This document shows, piece by piece, positions 7,960 to 12,503 of a stretch of 12,503 bases of DNA; position 1 is the stretch's first letter; the number at the start of each line of letters is the position of its first letter. The notes under the pieces are model-generated. The model was not told where the DNA came from and ran no database searches. It worked only from the letters and a program-made list of their open reading frames with translations. Origin of the DNA: Chthonomonadales bacterium. GTDB lineage: Bacteria; Armatimonadota; Chthonomonadetes; Chthonomonadales; Chthonomonadaceae. The stretch spans positions 1-12,503 of the forward strand of contig JBBQPO010000183.1 in assembly GCA_038217285.1 (NCBI GenBank). The letters are read 5' to 3'. The position numbers and the translations under genes are program-made.

Positions 7960-7994
7960 TTGTGGGGGGCTTGTCACTGAGAGGCTCCCCACAA
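7960..7994. repeat. Imperfect inverted repeat / stem-loop
   Basis: TTGTGGGG (7960-7967) pairs with CCCCACAA (7987-7994), extendable to ~13 bp with G-U pairs. Confidence 0.6.
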
Positions 7995-8051
7995 GATCAC
8001 ATTGACGCCGGAGAGTTCGGAAAACTTGCCGATCCGGTGCATCAAGACCGG
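7992..8051 (+). repeat. 60-bp direct repeat, copy 2 (intergenic copy of a DUF2652 gene segment)
   Basis: The minus-strand translation is PVLMHRIGKFSELSGVNVIL versus PVLMHQIGKFSELSGVDVIL in the gene. There are 4 transitions and no indels. Confidence 0.95.
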
Positions 8052-8054
8052 TTT

Positions 8055-8080
8055 TGGAGATGGGAAACCCGCGTCTCCAC
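8055..8080. repeat. REP-like stem-loop
   Basis: TGGAGAT/GTCTCCA stem with an inner GG-GAAA-CC. The minus strand reads GTGGAGACGCG...CATCTCCA, similar to GTAG-type REP palindromes. Confidence 0.5.
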
Positions 8081-8342
8081 GCACGAACAGGCCCCTCCAT
8101 ATATGTGCTGCAGGCGCTGCCCATACACTTTTCTGCAAATTGGTACTGCCTACACTCCCCTGCCGTACAATGACCCCACGACATCCTGATCTCCCTGTGC
8201 TCCCAATCTGACGTCCTTCCCTGCTGTAGAGAATCACTCCTCGTAGAGTGGTCCTGAACGGTCGAAGGGATGCATTCTCCGAAGGGTCTGCCCCAGCCAC
8301 ACGATGTCGGCTAACCGCACTGTTCCCACAAGGAGAGTTTTT

Positions 8343-11300
8343 ATGTCTCAATTTCGGCCCCGCAACCTGGCTCGTTTCGTGCCGCACTCGCGCCATGCTC
8401 AGGCTGGCCCCCTCGGAAATCCGCTTCGCCCATCGGTAAGATCCTCGACACACGCCATGTCGAACGAGGAGAGGCGGTGCGCTCCAGGCAGCCTCCTGCT
8501 GTCTCTCATGGCGGCAGCGGCGATGCTCAGCCTGCTCTCTCTCTCCGGCCCTCTCAGCGCGCAGACGACCACCGTGCCCCACGATGTCACCCTGCGCTTT
8601 CAGACCCCGGACCTTATCAATCCGGCTACCAGCACACTGCAGAGCATCTGGTCCGCCAATGGCAGCACCGGCTGGACAGTGCAGTACGACCTGACGAAGA
8701 GCTGGTTTGTCGACAAAACGTTCGGCAGCTTCAAGAAACTCGAGTCCCCTGCCGTAGATCTGGGCTTGTTTACCATTCCGGCCATCGACTACGGCGAGTG
8801 GGGCGGGGGGGGGCGCTTCTTCACAAAAGGCTCCGATACAGGGCTGCGCTTCAAGGCGGTGGCGACAGGGGGCCATGTCAGCGTGGACTATCCGGTGCAT
8901 GTCCATCTCGACGCGCCGAAGTTCATCGCACCCGGCGCCTCCTTTCTGATTCATGTGACCTATCAGGGCGACTCCAGCGCCCGAGTGACGACCGCTTCAC
9001 CCCAGGCCTACGCCAGCATCAATCTGATGCTCAACGCCCAGCTCTACCTCAACGCCCGCGTGGAGATCGCCAGCCGCGACCTCTTCAACAGCGATATCAT
9101 CGACTGGGCCGACCGCGACGACCCGCAGTCGCCCAAGTTCGGCGCAGGCGGCGGCAACAAAGGCTTTCATGTCAACACCGAACTGTTCAACACCAACACC
9201 CTGTTGAACGGCGGCCTCTCGCACTTCGCCTCGTTCAGCTACCCGGAAGAGCCGCTGCCGCCATCCATCACGGCCTCGCTCAACTATCCGATCATCGATA
9301 CCACGGGGCAGCCCGGCTCCTCGAGCAACTACCAGAGCGGCGCAGGCGGCACGAGCACCAGCACCAGTTACGAGTACACGACCGGCATTACGATCCCGAC
9401 CTCCATCAGCAACAATCCCAATGCCACCTATGCGCGCGGTCAGGACAATGTCCTCAACGTTACCGCCGACTTTACCAACATCCTGACTAACTCGCTGGAC
9501 GACGCTGGTATTCCCGTCCCTCCGCTCAACTACAACTTCGATATCGGACCGTTGTCGCTTGCGGCCGGCCTGCTTGATTTGCAGGCCACTCTGGGGTTGG
9601 GCTTCCTTCAGGAGTTCGGTTTTGTGCCGAAACCGAGGATACGTCTGGTGATCGGTGACGGCACGGTGGTCACCGCGGAGTACGAGATCGATCCGATCAA
9701 CGGCGTCGATATTCCTGTGCAGATGCCCGCCCTGCCGCCCGGCGCCGACCCGGCCACGAACGTCTCCGTCAAGGTGCAGCCGCTGATCTCGATGCACAAC
9801 GACTTTATCAGCAACACCTACCTGAACTTCAACGGCGGCCTGTCATTTCGCCCGATCTACATCGACGCGACCTCCTCCACAGGCAGCATCGGCACCTTTA
9901 CCTTCGAGCCGCTGAACCTTCAGGTAGGCCTGGATGTGCCCTATCCGATCTATGAGACGACGTTCGAGATTCCCTTTGCGGAGAAGAGTACGGACGCCTT
10001 TTACGTCACCACGCAGGCTCCGCCTCTGGCCCGTTTGGCGCGTGTCTACCCGAGTCTGCTCTATGTCAACGAAAACGAGTTCAGCGGCGGCTACGGCGTT
10101 GGAGTCAGCTCCGCGCAGATTTATCTGTTCTCAGATCCGGCCATCACTCCTCCCAATAGCTTTGCCGGCATCTGGTTCGGCATCCTCAACAGCGGTACCA
10201 GCGCCGCAACCGCGCTGACCTACGACACGCAGGCGTTCTGGGACAACGTCACGAACGCAGCACTGCTTCAGCCCTACTCCGAAGGTCAGACTCAGACCGC
10301 CGCCGGATGGAATCTCTTCAACGCGCTGACTCAGTCCTGGGTCGATCTCTCTCCGGGCCTGCACCATGTCTACGCCTCCAACACGGCCCATACCACCGGC
10401 TCATTGTTCGGGCCGCGTGTCACCAGTCTGCCGATCTCGGTCGCCTATCCGACCCCGACTCTGGATGTGCTAGGCGCACGCTGCCTTCTCAACGCGCCGG
10501 GGGCGGTCACGGAATTCCTCGCCTCCAACAGCCTGGTCTACCAGCCGTTCGCGCCTGTCAACTACGGTGTTCCCGGCCCCAATAAGAATGCTGTCGGGCC
10601 TCTCCTGGCGGGCAGTCCTGGCTTTACTCTGCTGGCGGTCGATCACACCGTCTTCAACGATCCGGACGCACCGAACGACCCGCATCTCATCGCGCCGTTC
10701 GGCGTCGGCCGCTTTTCGCGGATCAAGCTCGACGGCAAACTGCTGGCGACAGATCAAGACCCGCTCTACGCCAACCTGGCGCGGCCTTTCGTGTCCGGCA
10801 AAATCCCGGCCAGTATGCTCTCGAAAGCAGGCTACCATACGGTCCAGATCTCCAACCCGAACTCCGGCGGCAAGGGTGGCGACAGCAATACGCTCGTCCT
10901 GCACATCGTCAATCCGGCTCCCACGATTTTCGATGCGGACGCAGTGCAGCAGAATCCGGTGCAGGGCTCGACCATAGCGCTGTACGGGCATACGCTCAAC
11001 GCAGGAGCCTCGGACACTCGGATCCGGATCACGGGCAGCGCGCTGCTGGCCGATTCCCAGGTCTACTGGCAGGATCTGAACCATCCACTGGTCACGCAGT
11101 TCGTCAACAACGGCCTGTTGTACGCCATTCTACCCAGCGCCCTCCTGACCCAGCCTCAGTCCAATTGTAAACTGCTGGTCGTCAACCCGCGTAGCACGAT
11201 TAGCGGGCAGCCGGTAGATGGCGGAGCCGCCTCCGTGGCCAGCCTGCACCTCTATGCCGCCACCCCCCATATCACCAATGTACAGACCGGAGGCGTCAAT

Positions 11301-12191
11301 ACCAACGCGCTTTACCTCAACACGCCTAAGACCACGATGCTCACCATCAAGGGCGAGCATTTCTGGCCCGGCGTCGCCGCCAACTGGAAGCGCCAGCCAA
11401 TCGCGACGACCTTTGTGGATGAGCAGACATTGATCGCCACTCTCCCCGCTTCTCTGCTCTCGACCGCGTCTGCCGTCTCGCTCAACGTCCGTGGCACGGA
11501 TTTCGATGGTCATCATCCGATCTCCGATCCGTATACGATGCGCGTCGTCTATGCTCGCCCTGTTCTGGCAGCCATAAACGGGCAGGCGGCGGTATCTCCC
11601 GGCGCGATGCAGATCGGTACGACGCCTCCCACGCTCAACGTTACCGGCGGCCTCTTCTATAGTGCCTCGAAGGTGACGATCGGGGGTATCGACTGCGCGA
11701 CGACGTTTGTGGACGCCATGCACCTCACCGCGGTCGTCCCCTCCGTTGTTGCCGGTATGGCCAACAGCTACGCGGTTGTGGTGGTCAATCCGGTTTCTCC
11801 CCCCAACCAGGACGGCAGCCCTATCGGGGACGGCGGATCGAGCAGTTCACTGCCGTTTTCGGTGCTGAAGTATGCGCTGCAGGCGCAGATCACGGTGACT
11901 GCGGTGATGACGCGACTGGATGGCCGCAACGTGCAGGCGCAGATCACGCTCAAAAACACAGGCCTGGCAGACGCCACAAAACTGACCGTGCAGAGTGCCC
12001 TGCTGGGCAGTGTGGCCGGCATAGGCGGACTGCCGTTCACCGTGAACAGCCTGCCTGTCGGGCAGTCACAGACGCTGACAATGGTGTTCGCCTCCCCCTC
12101 TAGTGCGGCAGGCACGATCGCCACTCTCAAACTGACCGGCACGATGCAGGGCGCCTCCTTCAGCAGCAACGCCCGCGTCACGATTCCCTGA
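8343..12191 (+). CDS. Large secreted/surface protein (~1282 aa): beta-rich N-region, 4-5 IPT/TIG-like repeats, C-terminal ~100-aa Ig-like (CARDB-like) domain
   Basis: AAGGAG before ATG 8343 (alternative ATG 8457). Signal h-region LLLSLMAAAAMLSLLSLSGPLSA/Q. Repeats start at ~10446, 10911, 11253 and 11550 (divergent one at ~10017), with 'L.I.G..F...S.V......T.FV....L.A.LP.....V.NP' motifs. Confidence 0.88.
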   Translation: MSQFRPRNLARFVPHSRHAQAGPLGNPLRPSVRSSTHAMSNEERRCAPGSLLLSLMAAAAMLSLLSLSGPLSAQTTTVPHDVTLRFQTPDLINPATSTLQSIWSANGSTGWTVQYDLTKSWFVDKTFGSFKKLESPAVDLGLFTIPAIDYGEWGGGGRFFTKGSDTGLRFKAVATGGHVSVDYPVHVHLDAPKFIAPGASFLIHVTYQGDSSARVTTASPQAYASINLMLNAQLYLNARVEIASRDLFNSDIIDWADRDDPQSPKFGAGGGNKGFHVNTELFNTNTLLNGGLSHFASFSYPEEPLPPSITASLNYPIIDTTGQPGSSSNYQSGAGGTSTSTSYEYTTGITIPTSISNNPNATYARGQDNVLNVTADFTNILTNSLDDAGIPVPPLNYNFDIGPLSLAAGLLDLQATLGLGFLQEFGFVPKPRIRLVIGDGTVVTAEYEIDPINGVDIPVQMPALPPGADPATNVSVKVQPLISMHNDFISNTYLNFNGGLSFRPIYIDATSSTGSIGTFTFEPLNLQVGLDVPYPIYETTFEIPFAEKSTDAFYVTTQAPPLARLARVYPSLLYVNENEFSGGYGVGVSSAQIYLFSDPAITPPNSFAGIWFGILNSGTSAATALTYDTQAFWDNVTNAALLQPYSEGQTQTAAGWNLFNALTQSWVDLSPGLHHVYASNTAHTTGSLFGPRVTSLPISVAYPTPTLDVLGARCLLNAPGAVTEFLASNSLVYQPFAPVNYGVPGPNKNAVGPLLAGSPGFTLLAVDHTVFNDPDAPNDPHLIAPFGVGRFSRIKLDGKLLATDQDPLYANLARPFVSGKIPASMLSKAGYHTVQISNPNSGGKGGDSNTLVLHIVNPAPTIFDADAVQQNPVQGSTIALYGHTLNAGASDTRIRITGSALLADSQVYWQDLNHPLVTQFVNNGLLYAILPSALLTQPQSNCKLLVVNPRSTISGQPVDGGAASVASLHLYAATPHITNVQTGGVNTNALYLNTPKTTMLTIKGEHFWPGVAANWKRQPIATTFVDEQTLIATLPASLLSTASAVSLNVRGTDFDGHHPISDPYTMRVVYARPVLAAINGQAAVSPGAMQIGTTPPTLNVTGGLFYSASKVTIGGIDCATTFVDAMHLTAVVPSVVAGMANSYAVVVVNPVSPPNQDGSPIGDGGSSSSLPFSVLKYALQAQITVTAVMTRLDGRNVQAQITLKNTGLADATKLTVQSALLGSVAGIGGLPFTVNSLPVGQSQTLTMVFASPSSAAGTIATLKLTGTMQGASFSSNARVTIP

Positions 12192-12209
12192 GAACGAAGG
12201 ATGCAAAAT

Positions 12210-12250
12210 CGGCTTCTCCTGTCCCTGATAAGCAGGGAGAGAAGAAGCCG
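12210..12250. terminator. Terminator-like long imperfect hairpin downstream of the large gene
   Basis: CGGCTTCT/AGAAGCCG outer stem and TCCCTG/CAGGGA inner stem, ~20 nt after the stop. Only a short T-run, and only on the minus strand. Confidence 0.45.
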
Positions 12251-12503
12251 CCTCTCTGAACGAAAGCGATTTACGGAAAGATCATGAAATCTAAAATAAC
12301 CCACTCCTCTCGTGGAAACATACCGCAAACAGCGCTGTTTGCCAATCTCTTTCCCAGATTACAGACTCTGCTAATAGACAAATCAGGTAAACGCCGCACA
12401 TATCGCGATGGAATGAATTCCTTCGCTAGAGCGCTTTGCGCTGATTGTCCGCCTTCGCGGACAACTGTCCGACATGCACATTCTCTCCGACGAAAAACTC
12501 GAA

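Noticed and set aside
4304-8051. The 60-bp repeat pair as a diversity-generating retroelement TR/VR
   Set aside because: The four mismatches are not adenine-specific on either strand (plus strand G/A, C/T, T/C, G/A). The target is mid-gene in a non-lectin domain, and no reverse transcriptase is in the window.
4304-8051. The repeat pair as attL/attR of an integrated element
   Set aside because: There is no integrase between the copies, and the sequence right of 8051 does not continue as a displaced DUF2652 5' end.
7960-8080. Mini CRISPR array with a self-targeting spacer
   Set aside because: The two flanking hairpins are not the same repeat, the 60-nt insert is long for a spacer, and no cas genes are present.
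8082-8093. Short similarity CACGAAC(A)GGCC to 6154-6164 as a third mosaic piece
   Set aside because: Too short and gapped to distinguish from chance.
8226-8290. Glycine or c-di-GMP riboswitch
   Set aside because: Only fragments (AGAGA...CCGAAGG) match. The conserved CTCTCAGG and GCAAA...GACGCAAAG cores are missing.
7974-8954. 326-aa minus-strand ORF ending in the DUF2652-like peptide
   Set aside because: It is mostly the antisense shadow of the large secreted gene. Only its last ~25 aa come from the repeat.
8477-11723. Alternative-frame and antisense ORFs within the large gene (e.g. 8477..9490, 8997..9797, 10470..11084, 11130..11723)
   Set aside because: These are typical high-GC3 shadow ORFs with no recognisable motifs.

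Overview
GC-rich bacterial accessory region with much gene decay. The style of the secreted proteins suggests Armatimonadota or Acidobacteriota, but this is only an impression. From left to right: (1) the left end and first 17 codons of a probable DDE transposase/IS (minus, 1-140); (2) two back-to-back gene fragments, an exported-protein remnant and a COG3903-type ATPase/TPR remnant; (3) an ankyrin-repeat gene; (4) a minus-strand run of a membrane protein, a VOC/glyoxalase, a coiled-coil single-TM protein and a DUF2652 class III cyclase-like protein; (5) a deletion-damaged operon of an HTH regulator and a NatA/NatB-like ABC exporter; (6) two plus-strand secreted proteins, one with tandem DUF4352-like domains and one of ~1280 aa with IPT/TIG repeats. 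The most unusual element is at 7960-8080: a 60-bp, 56/60-identical copy of the active-site region of the DUF2652 gene, bracketed by two stem-loops and antisense to that gene's mRNA if transcribed on the plus strand. No tRNA, rRNA or CRISPR array was seen. All family calls come from motif recognition, not database searches.
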